DNA of 64,000 nucleotides from a virus (Duplodnaviria; Heunggongvirae; Uroviricota; Caudoviricetes): IMG/VR virus record IMGVR_UViG_2778261631_000002; one strand, 5' to 3'. Shown piece by piece: positions 55,063 to 64,000 of this stretch (position 1 is its first letter; each line of letters starts with the position of its first letter). The notes under the pieces were generated by a model. It saw only the letters and a program-made list of their open reading frames with translations, ran no database searches and was not told where the DNA came from. The position numbers and the translations under genes were made by a program.

Positions 55063-56061
55063 TTATCCGTTACCTCGCGACGGTTTCTGCGTGATAAACG
55101 TCTCAAGCATCTTTTCCGCGATTGCCGACCAGGTGTGACACTGGACCTTTTCAGCATTTTTCACGCGATCAACGCGAGCAATAACCTCATCCCAATCAAT
55201 CCGCGACTTGATAACCATATGGTTCACCAAAGCCAGGCGATCTGGCGGAAGGCAATCTGGCGGCGTTAATATCAACGCCCCACACATTGCCGCCTCAAGA
55301 ACAGTTAATCCAAGGCTTTCGGGATGCGTAACGATAAAAACGTCACTCTTACGCAATTCAGCTGCAAATTCGGTTGCTGGTACCGGCGTCCGTCTGTATG
55401 GAGTTACCGAAATATTCCCCGGATCAATGGTAACCAATCCGTCATCGGTCAACGTTCTGGCCTCATACGGAACGGTCAGACGCTGAAGGTTCATAAGGAT
55501 ACTTAAGGAGTGATCAAACCCACTAACATCAAATGCAGCGTGGTCTACAAAAATACGCAGAACATCGTCTGTCTTGGTTTCCAGATGGAACAGTTCCTGA
55601 TTCGCTGCCCATCCAACATGTTTGTTAAAGCGATTATGACGCTCTAACCTGCCGGGATTATCCAGGTACCGCCAGGTATCATCGCGGACAGTAAAAGTAA
55701 TATCGACTGGTGCCGAATCCAGCATAGAACCGTCATATACCTGGGCCACCCATCCAGAGAATCGGCGACACAGTTGCATGCCTATTTCCCTGGGTACCGT
55801 AGTAAAATACCTCAATCCTGGTGCCAAAATGGCCTTCGCAGAACATGCGGTCGCAGCAGTCAACACAGCTTCAACATAATCCTCCGGGCTTTCGACGCCA
55901 GGGGAATATGGACGATGGTATTGCAATGTTACCCCTGCCTCACTAAAGGCGCAGGCCAGGTTATAAGCCCACATTTCCGTATATGTTTTCACATCACTGA
56001 TGGCTTCAAATTTTCGCCCAATGATCAGGATGTTCATCGGCTTTTCCTCATTCCATTGCAT
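55063..56061 (-). CDS. dbn: protein downstream of ban, glycosyltransferase-like C-terminus
   Basis: 332-aa ORF whose start overlaps the ban stop; name by definition (downstream of ban). Confidence 0.6.
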   Translation of the reverse strand: MQWNEEKPMNILIIGRKFEAISDVKTYTEMWAYNLACAFSEAGVTLQYHRPYSPGVESPEDYVEAVLTAATACSAKAILAPGLRYFTTVPREIGMQLCRRFSGWVAQVYDGSMLDSAPVDITFTVRDDTWRYLDNPGRLERHNRFNKHVGWAANQELFHLETKTDDVLRIFVDHAAFDVSGFDHSLSILMNLQRLTVPYEARTLTDDGLVTIDPGNISVTPYRRTPVPATEFAAELRKSDVFIVTHPESLGLTVLEAAMCGALILTPPDCLPPDRLALVNHMVIKSRIDWDEVIARVDRVKNAEKVQCHTWSAIAEKMLETFITQKPSRGNG

Positions 56062-57431
56062 TAATAATCCTCTTGCCAGTCAGCACCGGCATAGTTATCA
56101 AACCGTGAGTATTGGCCGTTAAAAGCCAATCTCACCGTGCCAATTGGGCCATTTCGTTGCTTTCCGATAATTACCTCGGCAATGCCCTTCATTTCGCTAT
56201 CCGGGTGATAAACTTCGTCGCGATACAGAAACATGATCAGGTCTGCGTCCTGCTCAATTGCTCCTGATTCACGTAAATCTGAATTTACCGGCCGTTTGTC
56301 CGCACGCTGTTCAAGCGATCGATTAAGTTGTGACAATGCCACCACCGGTACTTGTAATTCCTTCGCCAACGCCTTCAGTGAGCGAGAAATCTCGGCAATT
56401 TCCAGCGTTCGGTTATCTTGCAGCTCGGGGACGCGCATAAGTTGCAGGTAGTCGATCATAATCATGCTCAAACCACCATTTTCTTTATAAATACGACGAG
56501 CGCGGGAACGTAGCTCTGTCGGCGTCAGGGCACTTGAGTCATCAATAAAAATATTCTGCTTGTCCAACAGAATCCCCATTGCGCCAGAAACCCGCGCCCA
56601 ATCCTCGTCGTTAAGTTGCCCTGTTCGAATACGAGTCTGATCAACGCGTGCAAGAGAAGCCAGTGAGCGCATCATCAGCTGGTGGCTCGGCATCTCAAGG
56701 CTAAAAACCAATACTGGCTTATCGTTACGGACTGCGGCATTTTCGACGAGATTCATCGCAAACGTAGTCTTCCCCATCGATGGGCGGGCGGCGACAATAA
56801 TGAGATCGGACGCCTGAAGTCCTGCCGTCTTCTTATTGAGATCGGTAAATCCGGTATCAAGCCCCGTTACACCATCATGCGGTCGCTGAAACAACTCTTC
56901 TATGCGAGATACCGTTGCATCGAGAATGCTGGCGATATCTTTTGGACCACTACCGCTCTTTTGTCGTTTTTCAGCTATTTCAAAAACGCGGCGCTCGGCC
57001 ATATCCAGCAATTCATTGCTGCCCCGGCCATCCTGCGCATATCCAGCTTCAGCTATTTCATTTGCGACGGAAATCATTTCACGAACAACCGCGCGTTCAC
57101 GAACGATATCCGCATAAGCACAAATATTTGCCGCGCTGGGCGTGTTCTTTGACATCTCCGCAAGGTACGCAAAACCACCGGCGCGTTCTAATTTACCGTT
57201 CTGTTCAAGTGCTTCAGCAAGTGTTATCAAATCAATCGGTTTGCCATGACTTAATAACCTCTCCATCTCACTGAAAATTTCACGATGAGCACTGGTATAA
57301 AAATCATCAGCAACTATACGATCTGCAACTTCATCCCAGCGGCAGTTATCAAGCATTAAGCCACCAAGCACAGCTTGTTCTGCACTAAGGGAATTTGGCA
57401 TGGATTCAAGAGGGGATGCAGACATTAACAC
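56061..57431 (-). CDS. ban: DnaB-family replicative helicase (Ban)
   Basis: 456-aa protein with Walker A ARPSMGKTTFAMNL and DnaB-like N- and C-terminal domains. Confidence 0.93.
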   Translation of the reverse strand: MLMSASPLESMPNSLSAEQAVLGGLMLDNCRWDEVADRIVADDFYTSAHREIFSEMERLLSHGKPIDLITLAEALEQNGKLERAGGFAYLAEMSKNTPSAANICAYADIVRERAVVREMISVANEIAEAGYAQDGRGSNELLDMAERRVFEIAEKRQKSGSGPKDIASILDATVSRIEELFQRPHDGVTGLDTGFTDLNKKTAGLQASDLIIVAARPSMGKTTFAMNLVENAAVRNDKPVLVFSLEMPSHQLMMRSLASLARVDQTRIRTGQLNDEDWARVSGAMGILLDKQNIFIDDSSALTPTELRSRARRIYKENGGLSMIMIDYLQLMRVPELQDNRTLEIAEISRSLKALAKELQVPVVALSQLNRSLEQRADKRPVNSDLRESGAIEQDADLIMFLYRDEVYHPDSEMKGIAEVIIGKQRNGPIGTVRLAFNGQYSRFDNYAGADWQEDY

Positions 57432-57711
57432 TCCATCCTGGTGTGCTGAATGTCAGATATAATCGGCATACTCAAATCACTCCTAACGATATGAGTCATC
57501 ACCAGAAAATCAGGATTAATGCGCCGGACTCTTCCCGGCTGTCACACCGAATCGCCAGGATGGTGAATCCCTTTACCCGAAAAACAACAAACGGTGGCTT
57601 GCACATTCCGGCTACCTGGTTCGTTGCCTGAGCTAGGGGCAAGGTTCCCCCCTTTTAACGTCACCAGACCGCTAACGACGCATGTGCCAGACGCCGTGTT
57701 ACAACCAAATG

Positions 57712-57787
57712 TGGTGGCCCCTACCGGACTTGAACCGGTGACCGTGCGATTATGAGTCGCCAGCTCTAACCACTGAGCTAAGGGGCC
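57712..57787 (-). tRNA. tRNA-Ile (anticodon CAU, lysidine type; ileX-like)
   Basis: 76 nt including CCA; GGCCCCT acceptor stem, anticodon loop CTCATAA; nearly identical to E. coli ileX as remembered. Could alternatively be read as tRNA-Met. Confidence 0.88.
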
Positions 57788-57790
57788 GGA

Positions 57791-57898
57791 TTACTGTTTA
57801 CTAAGTGCTTCAATGGCGCTAACAATGCCGCCTACAACTATGGCAACAATAATAATGAGAACAATTGGATACTTGTCAGCAAAATCCCAGAAGCCCAT
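57791..57898 (-). CDS. 35-aa membrane peptide, tci operon (tciC-like)
   Basis: MGFWDFADKYPIVLIIIVAIVVGGIVSAIEALSKQ; its ATG overlaps the upstream stop. Confidence 0.4.
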   Translation of the reverse strand: MGFWDFADKYPIVLIIIVAIVVGGIVSAIEALSKQ

Positions 57899-58062
57899 CA
57901 CTGATCCTTCGAAGCTATTTTAAATATCGGCCATACCAATGTTACAGCTACTGCCACCAACGCCCCGTCCGATAAAACTGACAGGATTGTGCTGGTGAAA
58001 TCCACCAGCACGGACAGCAAGAGAAAACCAATGGCGATTGCGATACGTGCCTTGCTTGTCAT
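57898..58062 (-). CDS. 54-aa membrane peptide, tci operon (tciB-like)
   Basis: MTSKARIAIAIGFLLLSVLVDFTSTILSV…; its ATG overlaps the tciA stop. Confidence 0.45.
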   Translation of the reverse strand: MTSKARIAIAIGFLLLSVLVDFTSTILSVLSDGALVAVAVTLVWPIFKIASKDQ

Positions 58063-58496
58063 TACAGATAATCTTCCACACGAAGACCTAAACGACGGCC
58101 TACTTCTTCCAGTACTTTGTGTTCTGCTGGCTCGATTTCACCGTCCGCTTCTGCAATTGTCAGCATGTTAACGAATACTTCTTCCGCTTCTTTTGGATCG
58201 TTTTTGATATCTTCAATTTCGCGAAGGATATTCATGCGACCAACACGGAAGCCAGCTTCCAGTTGCTCGGTAAAGCGGGTAATTGTTGCAGTAATTTCGT
58301 TACCAAAATGACTAAGACGCGGATTAGAGCGGACAAGCTGATCAAGTTTCGCTGTTTCTTCTTTTTCGATTTCACCATCAGCGGCAGACACCAACAAACA
58401 GCCACCGATAATGGCCTCCATCAGATCGCGATTCTCAACTTTTTTCAGCTCTACTTTTGCAGAAGCGACTTTCTTGCCGAACAATTTACCGAACAT
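58062..58496 (-). CDS. tciA: TerB-like tellurite-resistance-family protein
   Basis: 144-aa protein with repeated AADGEI / AEADGEIEPAE TerB-type motifs. Confidence 0.75.
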   Translation of the reverse strand: MFGKLFGKKVASAKVELKKVENRDLMEAIIGGCLLVSAADGEIEKEETAKLDQLVRSNPRLSHFGNEITATITRFTEQLEAGFRVGRMNILREIEDIKNDPKEAEEVFVNMLTIAEADGEIEPAEHKVLEEVGRRLGLRVEDYL

Positions 58497-58619
58497 TGGT
58501 TATCCCTCAATAAAAGTGACATATTTATTAGATTGCGGTGCCGGGTTCCTCCCGGTGTCCTTTGGCTGGTTATCCACCGTGGACGTGGAAACAAGGAGAA
58601 ATAATGGACAGATATAACC

Positions 58620-59427
58620 ATTTCCCCGCGTGCGCTTAGCCGCATTCACCGCAACGGAAAGAGCATTCTTGGTGGACCTGTAGATTGGGATATGAACCCG
58701 TTACAGGAGAATGCTCTTACCTGTTACGTGCTCCGTTTCGTGGAGCTAACGGCGGGTGATCGGGCCGCACCAGACTGGACTTATTTCAGCGTTATGCTCA
58801 TGCCAGAGAATCAAACTGTGATGGTCGGTGCTGAACTCCGACACAGGGTTGTAGCAAGCCCCGCAAAGCGCGCACTACTGTAGTTGCGGCACATCAGCCT
58901 GTGCATTCACCACAATGTTGAGAACACTGGTTGTCACGCTGCAACGCAACATTTATTCGTAGATTGGGATATGACCCCGTTACGCCAGTGTTCTCAACGT
59001 TGTAGTGCCGGTTACGGTTCCGGCCAGGCCTCTTCCTCAACGGGGTGTTCTCCATACGGACTACCGTTTATTGGTCGTTCCTGCGGTTTATGTTGTGAAG
59101 CCAGATGCTTATCTTCTGGTTGCTTCAAAGAGCTGCACTTCATCACAACGGTAAGAGCACTCGATGCATTTAAGCCAAGCCCCATAAGGGAGAATGCCCT
59201 TACCTGTTGTGTTGTGATGACCGGTGCTGATCTCCGGCTTGCGGTTATTTCAGACTCTCACGGGCGTTTAATTGCCCCGCCGAACAGCTCTTTTCCGCAA
59301 TAGCTGCAATGTCTTTCGCGCATCAGCCTGCGCATTCATCACAACGGTAAGGGTACTTCGTAGGGATTCGAACCCTCTGCCAAGCTCGGCGATCTCCGAC
59401 GTCGCAAAATACCCTTACCTGTTGTGC
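58620..59427. repeat. degenerate direct and inverted repeats with tRNA-like fragments between tciA and tRNA-Thr
   Basis: Three or four diverged copies of roughly 250-bp units sharing CCCTTACCTGTTGTG, CATCAGCCTGYGCATTCAYCACAA and GATTGGGATATGAMCCCGTTAC; a pseudo T-arm (GGGATTCGAACCCT) at about 59355; a 15-bp perfect inverted repeat at 58913-58929 / 58988-59004. Confidence 0.6.
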
Positions 59428-59503
59428 TGGTGCCGATTAACGGACTCGAACCGCTGACATCCTGCTTACAAGGCAGGCGCTCTACCAACTGAGCTAAACC
59501 GGC
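59428..59503 (-). tRNA. tRNA-Thr (anticodon UGU)
   Basis: 76 nt including CCA; cloverleaf with anticodon loop CTTGTAA. Confidence 0.92.
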
Positions 59504-59505
59504 AT

Positions 59506-59581
59506 TGGCGATGGTGGATGGATTTGAACCATCGACCCGTTGATTAACAGTCAACCGCTCTAACCGCTGAGCTACACCATC
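59506..59581 (-). tRNA. tRNA-Asn (anticodon GUU)
   Basis: 76 nt including CCA; anticodon loop CTGTTAA; 2 nt from tRNA-Thr. Confidence 0.92.
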
Positions 59582-60046
59582 ACTTGCCGGGTACGTCTCC
59601 GGCGAGGGCTTCCACCTCCGTATGCTTTTCGGCGCACCGCGCCCTGGCTGCAATTCGGTAACAGGGGATGCACAACCCTGGCTTCCAGCGTGATTAGCGC
59701 CTTCAGCATGACGGGATATACCCGTAAATTCGTGGAACTGTACCCAAAGTGCTGTTAAGCACCGCTGTTACGCTGAAAAGAAAACGCAACAGGAAAGGAC
59801 GCTGACCAACAGATGGCCCCTTCTCGTTCATCTGGTTAATCACACCAGCGCCCTTACCTGTTGTGCCTCCCCGTTCCCTAATACACAGACGGGGACACTC
59901 TGCGGTCGATTTTTTGACGGGGGACGACTCATACCCCGTGGCATCTGGCTTCTTAGGCCGCTACCATCATCAGATCATCGTTTGCATTTACTTTAATGGT
60001 CAGTTTCTAAACCGCCGCAAAGTCGCTAACCATGACGAAAACCCTG

Positions 60047-60072
60047 AAAAAAACGCCCACCCGAAGATGGGC
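60047..60072 (-). terminator. rho-independent terminator downstream of dmt
   Basis: Minus strand: GCCCA-TCTTCGGG-TGGGC followed by GTTTTTTT. Confidence 0.6.
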
Positions 60073-60246
60073 AAACTGGAAGCTCGTAACGCACTTCGGC
60101 GTTGCCACTTAGGCGCATGGTCAACCTGGCAACTCGGTGGTTTGTCTGGGAGGACTAGGCCCAGCCATGCTTACCGCCGCGCCTGTCGCGGCTAACAGCT
60201 AAATCGCTCTATAAATCACGATTCATTGAGGCGATATTACACTAAT

Positions 60247-60263
60247 AAATTTATTAGAGCAAT
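60247..60263. promoter_or_regulatory. perfect C1 operator overlapping the dmt stop codon
   Basis: AAATTTATTAGAGCAAT, exact reverse complement of ATTGCTCTAATAAATTT. Confidence 0.75.
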
Positions 60264-62518
60264 ATACCCAAAACGTCATGAGCTACACCTCGAGTGTCCC
60301 CCTTACAAGACACAGAACGTCTGGCAAAAAGAGGTTCCACTCTGAAGCCACTGTCATGATAAAGCTCTCTGATGTTTGGCGCGCCACTGTTAGTAATGAG
60401 AACCTTTGCACCTCGACGATGAGCATCCGTCAACAGAGACACCAGGCGTTTTTGCTCTTCAAACTTAAAGTCATGACCGGAATAGTTCGTGAATCCCTCT
60501 GTATTTGGAAGCGGTTCATACGGCGGATCGCAAAAGATGACATCTCCTTCTCCGGCAGCTTCAATCACCGCTGCAAAATCACCGCATACAAACTCAGACC
60601 GCCCTTCCGCACCGAGGAAGGCTTCCATCTCCTGTAATGGGAAATACGGAGTTTTATACTTCCCATAACCGACATTGAACTCACCGGCCTGGTTGTAACG
60701 CGTCAATCCGTTAAAACAATGTCGGTTCAGGAACAAAAACGCCGCTGCGCGATGTAAATCATCATAGACTTGTTTGTTAAACGCATTCCGTACTGCCAGG
60801 TATCCTTCCTGTGTGTTGTAGTCCTGGAAGAAACGATGTGCCAGAGTGATAAGTGAATGCGCCTCGCGTTGCAGAGTCTTGTAAAAGTTAATCAGGTCAG
60901 CATTCACATCATTTAGCAGATTTTCCTGGTATCCGGCATTCATGAAGACAGCTCCGCCACCAACGAAAGGTTCAATCAGGCGCTTCCCTTCTGGCAAATA
61001 GCGAAAGATTTGTTCCAGAACACCAAATTTTCCACCAGCCCATTTGAATATGGACCGTTCGAATTCTGCCGCTGGTTTAACTTTTCGCTCTTTTGTTTCA
61101 CTTCCTTCTTTCTGCCGACATACGGCCTTAGTAATCCGATCGCCAATCCAGCGCATTACTGGTATTGCCATACTATTGCCGATCGCTTTGTAACGCGGTC
61201 CGTCAGCTGCAAGCATCGCGGCCTCTTCTTCGCTTAAATCTGGATAGTGATTGCGAAGATATGCCAGTTCATCTGAATTAACTTTTTTACGCTTTTCCGT
61301 CGGGATCAACGTATGCCCATCAGGAAAACCTTGCAGCCTTTCACATTCGACAGGGGTAAGACGGCGGACAGCTACTTCTGCGTTTCTTACTTCATAGCAA
61401 ACAGCTGTTGGATTTTTAGCCATTAGAGATGGTGAAGTATTCTTAGTTGCAGCATGTTGTGTACCGCTCATACGCTCAGGAAAAGCCAATGTAACAAGAT
61501 GCTCATGGCTTTCTTGCTCACGTGCCCGCAATGTACCATGCCCTTCTGACCAAAAACCTGCTCCTGTGCTGCTAAAAACGGCAAGGTCAGTGGCATCTTT
61601 AAAATCTCTTGCCTTTACTGTCGATGCGGTTTCATCGTCAATATATTCCCCAAATGCCGCCATCCTGAAACCGTTTACGGCTTTCGTCGATTTCATACCG
61701 GGAGACATGCCAGCGTGTAGGCATGGATTTAGGCTTTCGCCACTGATTGCAGCGCCATTTGCAGTAATGGCGGAAGCGATTTCCTTCTTTTTTCGGCTCG
61801 GCGCAATATTCCGGCGCACGCCTTCGAACTCAAAAAGTACCGTTGCGGGATCGAGGTCTGTTCGAGCACTTGCGACAACAAACACGCGTCGGCGTCGTTG
61901 TGCCACTCCGAAGTATTGGGCATCAAGGATTCTCCAGGCCACCTTTCGCTGCGGTCCATAAATACAACCACACTGCGGCCACTTTGGAACATGGCAACCG
62001 GTTTTGCCATCCCACCGCCAGAACGCGTTGCTTTTTCCTGATTCAGGTCGATCACCTGGTTCAAATGGCACATCTTCTCCAGCCAATCCGGCAAGGAAAC
62101 ATCCGAAGGCGTTATCTGCGGATGACAAGACTCCTGGGACATTTTCCCAGACGATAACGGCTGGTTTGAGAAATGACTCAGCCCGTTTGTCGTCAATTGC
62201 ATTTGCAAGCTCCACATACTTTAAAGTTAGCGCGCCACGCTCATCATCAAGCCCACCACGTAAGCCCGCGATACTGAATGCCTGACAAGGTGTTCCCCCG
62301 ACGAGCACATCAGGGGATTCGATTTCCCCAGCCAGGACTTTTTTGGCAAGTTTTGTCATGTCGCCAAGGTTGGCGACATGGGGCCAGCGGTGCGCAAGAA
62401 CGGCAGATGGAAAAGACTCGATTTCAGCAAACCACACCGGACGCATACCCAACGGTTCCCAGGCAATACTCGCGGCTTCAATTCCACTGCAAACAGATCC
62501 ATAGCACAGCTCTTTCAC
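60254..62518 (-). CDS. dmt: bifunctional DNA methyltransferase (N-terminal C5-cytosine MTase-like, C-terminal N6-adenine Dam-like)
   Basis: 754-aa protein with GGTPCQAFS and ENV motifs in the N-terminal half and FCDPPYEP in the C-terminal half. Confidence 0.9.
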   Translation of the reverse strand: MKELCYGSVCSGIEAASIAWEPLGMRPVWFAEIESFPSAVLAHRWPHVANLGDMTKLAKKVLAGEIESPDVLVGGTPCQAFSIAGLRGGLDDERGALTLKYVELANAIDDKRAESFLKPAVIVWENVPGVLSSADNAFGCFLAGLAGEDVPFEPGDRPESGKSNAFWRWDGKTGCHVPKWPQCGCIYGPQRKVAWRILDAQYFGVAQRRRRVFVVASARTDLDPATVLFEFEGVRRNIAPSRKKKEIASAITANGAAISGESLNPCLHAGMSPGMKSTKAVNGFRMAAFGEYIDDETASTVKARDFKDATDLAVFSSTGAGFWSEGHGTLRAREQESHEHLVTLAFPERMSGTQHAATKNTSPSLMAKNPTAVCYEVRNAEVAVRRLTPVECERLQGFPDGHTLIPTEKRKKVNSDELAYLRNHYPDLSEEEAAMLAADGPRYKAIGNSMAIPVMRWIGDRITKAVCRQKEGSETKERKVKPAAEFERSIFKWAGGKFGVLEQIFRYLPEGKRLIEPFVGGGAVFMNAGYQENLLNDVNADLINFYKTLQREAHSLITLAHRFFQDYNTQEGYLAVRNAFNKQVYDDLHRAAAFLFLNRHCFNGLTRYNQAGEFNVGYGKYKTPYFPLQEMEAFLGAEGRSEFVCGDFAAVIEAAGEGDVIFCDPPYEPLPNTEGFTNYSGHDFKFEEQKRLVSLLTDAHRRGAKVLITNSGAPNIRELYHDSGFRVEPLFARRSVSCKGDTRGVAHDVLGILL

Positions 62519-63420
62519 TGCTTAGCCTCTCCACCAAGGGCATTTACCAGAGCATCAACCAGGCACGAAATTTCACTGGTCAACAGGAAGAAATCTGCGT
62601 CCAGTCGCTGCGCAACATCTTCACTATCAATATCAGAGTTCTGCTCAAGCAATTCATCCGCAAATTTGACGCTGGTAAGGCTGAAGTTATGGTCCAGTGT
62701 AAATTTAATGCGGTTCTGCCAGTCGAGTGCCAACTTAGTGACGAGCTTGCCAGCTTCCAGGTGTGTGGAAATTTCATCGCTTCCCAAATCCTGCTTTTTC
62801 ACTCGGGCAATACCGCCATCCTCAAGCACTGCCTTAAGTTCTGCCGCATCCCCCATTTGAAATCCCTGTGGAGCACTACCATCACGTACCCAGTCGGTCA
62901 GCGTTAACTCAATGGGATTTTCAACACTTAGGGGAACAACAGGAAGAGAACCCAGAGATTTACGCATAAGCGCGAGCATATCCTCTGCCTGCCGCGCGCT
63001 GGCATTGATATAGATACGTTTAGTTGAACCGTCGTAGATCGCCTGGATAACAGAAAACTTTGAAAAAGCCCGTGGCAGAAGAGAATGCAGAACTTCGTCT
63101 TTCAGGGAGTCCTTCTCTGTTTTCTTCAGTTTACGCGCTTGTTCTTGCTCAAGTTTTTCAATTTTTTCTTGAATAGCTCGCTGGATAACCGGCGGGGGAA
63201 GAATTTTTGTTTCGCGCTTTGCTTCAACAAGGATAAAACCATTTCCATGCATAGCGATAACTTCGGAATTATCACCAAATGGCGATACAAAACCGAACTT
63301 GGCCATATCCTGACTACCGCATGGTGTGAAAAGGATCATTTTCTTTTTATCTTCTAAGTCGGTCAGATCCGCCTCACGAGAAAGTTTATAAATAGTAATA
63401 TTTTTCCAGTGCTTAAACAT
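62515..63420 (-). CDS. hrdC: RdgC homolog (recombination-associated protein)
   Basis: Near-colinear with E. coli RdgC from [13 protein letters not shown] (the listed ORF is N-terminally extended); …[11 protein letters not shown] … [26 protein letters not shown]…. Confidence 0.85.
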   Translation of the reverse strand: MFKHWKNITIYKLSREADLTDLEDKKKMILFTPCGSQDMAKFGFVSPFGDNSEVIAMHGNGFILVEAKRETKILPPPVIQRAIQEKIEKLEQEQARKLKKTEKDSLKDEVLHSLLPRAFSKFSVIQAIYDGSTKRIYINASARQAEDMLALMRKSLGSLPVVPLSVENPIELTLTDWVRDGSAPQGFQMGDAAELKAVLEDGGIARVKKQDLGSDEISTHLEAGKLVTKLALDWQNRIKFTLDHNFSLTSVKFADELLEQNSDIDSEDVAQRLDADFFLLTSEISCLVDALVNALGGEAKQ

Positions 63421-63697
63421 GTTGTAACCCTTGAATATCAACCACAGAAAGCTCGTCTTTATAGAAAAAGGCCAAGTTGTGGCACCCCCTCGTTTGAGCG
63501 TATGAGCTGGGACCAATTTCGTTCTTCCAGACAAATGGCTTCAAATCCGTACGGCGAAGCATAAAAACGCGATTTGTTCCGCTCTGATTCCCAATGAGGC
63601 AAAAGCCTTCTTTCACCTTGATAGCCTGCAAGTTGTCGAGTTCACCGCTGGTTACACGGCTATCGAACTCCTTGCGGCTTATTAGCTCCATCTGCAT
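63413..63697 (-). CDS. uhr: small protein upstream of hrdC
   Basis: ORF overlapping the hrdC start; likely starts at the internal MQMELISRK because a C1 operator occupies the position of the longest start. Confidence 0.4.
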   Translation of the reverse strand: MQMELISRKEFDSRVTSGELDNLQAIKVKEGFCLIGNQSGTNRVFMLRRTDLKPFVWKNEIGPSSYAQTRGCHNLAFFYKDELSVVDIQGLQHV

Positions 63698-63768
63698 CTG
63701 ACGACTCCAAACAAATGCCCATTGAAGGGCGATGGCTGAATGGTACCGAAAACACGATATAAAAAACA

Positions 63769-63785
63769 ATATTTATTAGAGCAAT
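63769..63785. promoter_or_regulatory. C1 operator-like site upstream of the uhr-hrdC-dmt operon (1 mismatch)
   Basis: ATATTTATTAGAGCAAT. Confidence 0.65.
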
Positions 63786-64000
63786 TTTGTAATAAGTAAA
63801 CGCCATACAGACCACAAATAACCTAAGTTAAAATAACGAAAATCAGAGCAAATCCTTGGTGACGACGTGGCAAGTATTGCAACAAAAGACAGCATTTGTT
63901 CGGGGCACGGAGGATTCCCATCCAGGCCTCCTGTAGAGAGTGAACCACTACTTAAAGTCAACGGAGTCGAAGTGTTAGTTGATGGTAAGCAATATGCACA

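Noticed and set aside
58521-58538. Operator-like sequence ATATTTATTAGATTGCGG upstream of tciA
   Set aside because: Only the AT-rich half matches the C1 operator (about 6 mismatches over 17 bp); more likely a -10 region.
58692-59303. Plus-strand ORFs 58692..58883 and 58884..59303 in the tRNA repeat region
   Set aside because: Cys/Arg-rich low-complexity translations, antisense to the operon direction and overlapping repeats and pseudo-tRNA elements.
58620-59430. Possible CRISPR array in the repeat-rich tRNA region
   Set aside because: Repeats are diverged, of unequal length and irregular spacing, with no cas genes nearby; better explained as tRNA-derived or structured-RNA repeats.
63776-63961. 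61-aa minus-strand ORF at the right edge
   Set aside because: Lies upstream of the operator/promoter on the wrong side with no RBS; likely non-coding promoter-proximal DNA.

Overview
This 64 kb window is a P1-like temperate phage / phage-plasmid genome read in reverse orientation relative to the conventional P1 map and passing through loxP. Left to right: edge of the Cin-invertible tail-fibre segment and cin; the darA anti-restriction/lysis operon (lydA, lydB, hdf, darA, ddrA, ddrB); an early operon with ssb and a degenerate PacB-like ATPase; SAR endolysin lyz; head protease and portal; the 2255-aa darB; an AT-rich cargo island (LuxR-family regulator plus a 1092-aa autotransporter) sitting where, from memory, P1 carries IS1 and the EcoP1I res/mod genes; ref, cre, loxP, coi, c1, pacB, pacA with the pac site, lpa, phd/doc, humD with a LexA box; a long block of uncharacterised genes including ppp; a baseplate module; dbn-ban; tRNA-Ile, a tci operon, a degenerate tRNA-like repeat region, tRNA-Thr and tRNA-Asn; and uhr-hrdC-dmt. 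About a dozen C1-operator-like 17-mers are scattered through the window. All calls come from reading the ORF translations, motifs and synteny with no database search; P1 gene names beyond the best-known ones are assigned from remembered gene order and sizes and should be confirmed by alignment. The most interesting items are the autotransporter/LuxR island, the catalytically degenerate terminase paralog, the tRNA-like repeat region, and a few candidate small-peptide and small-RNA loci.
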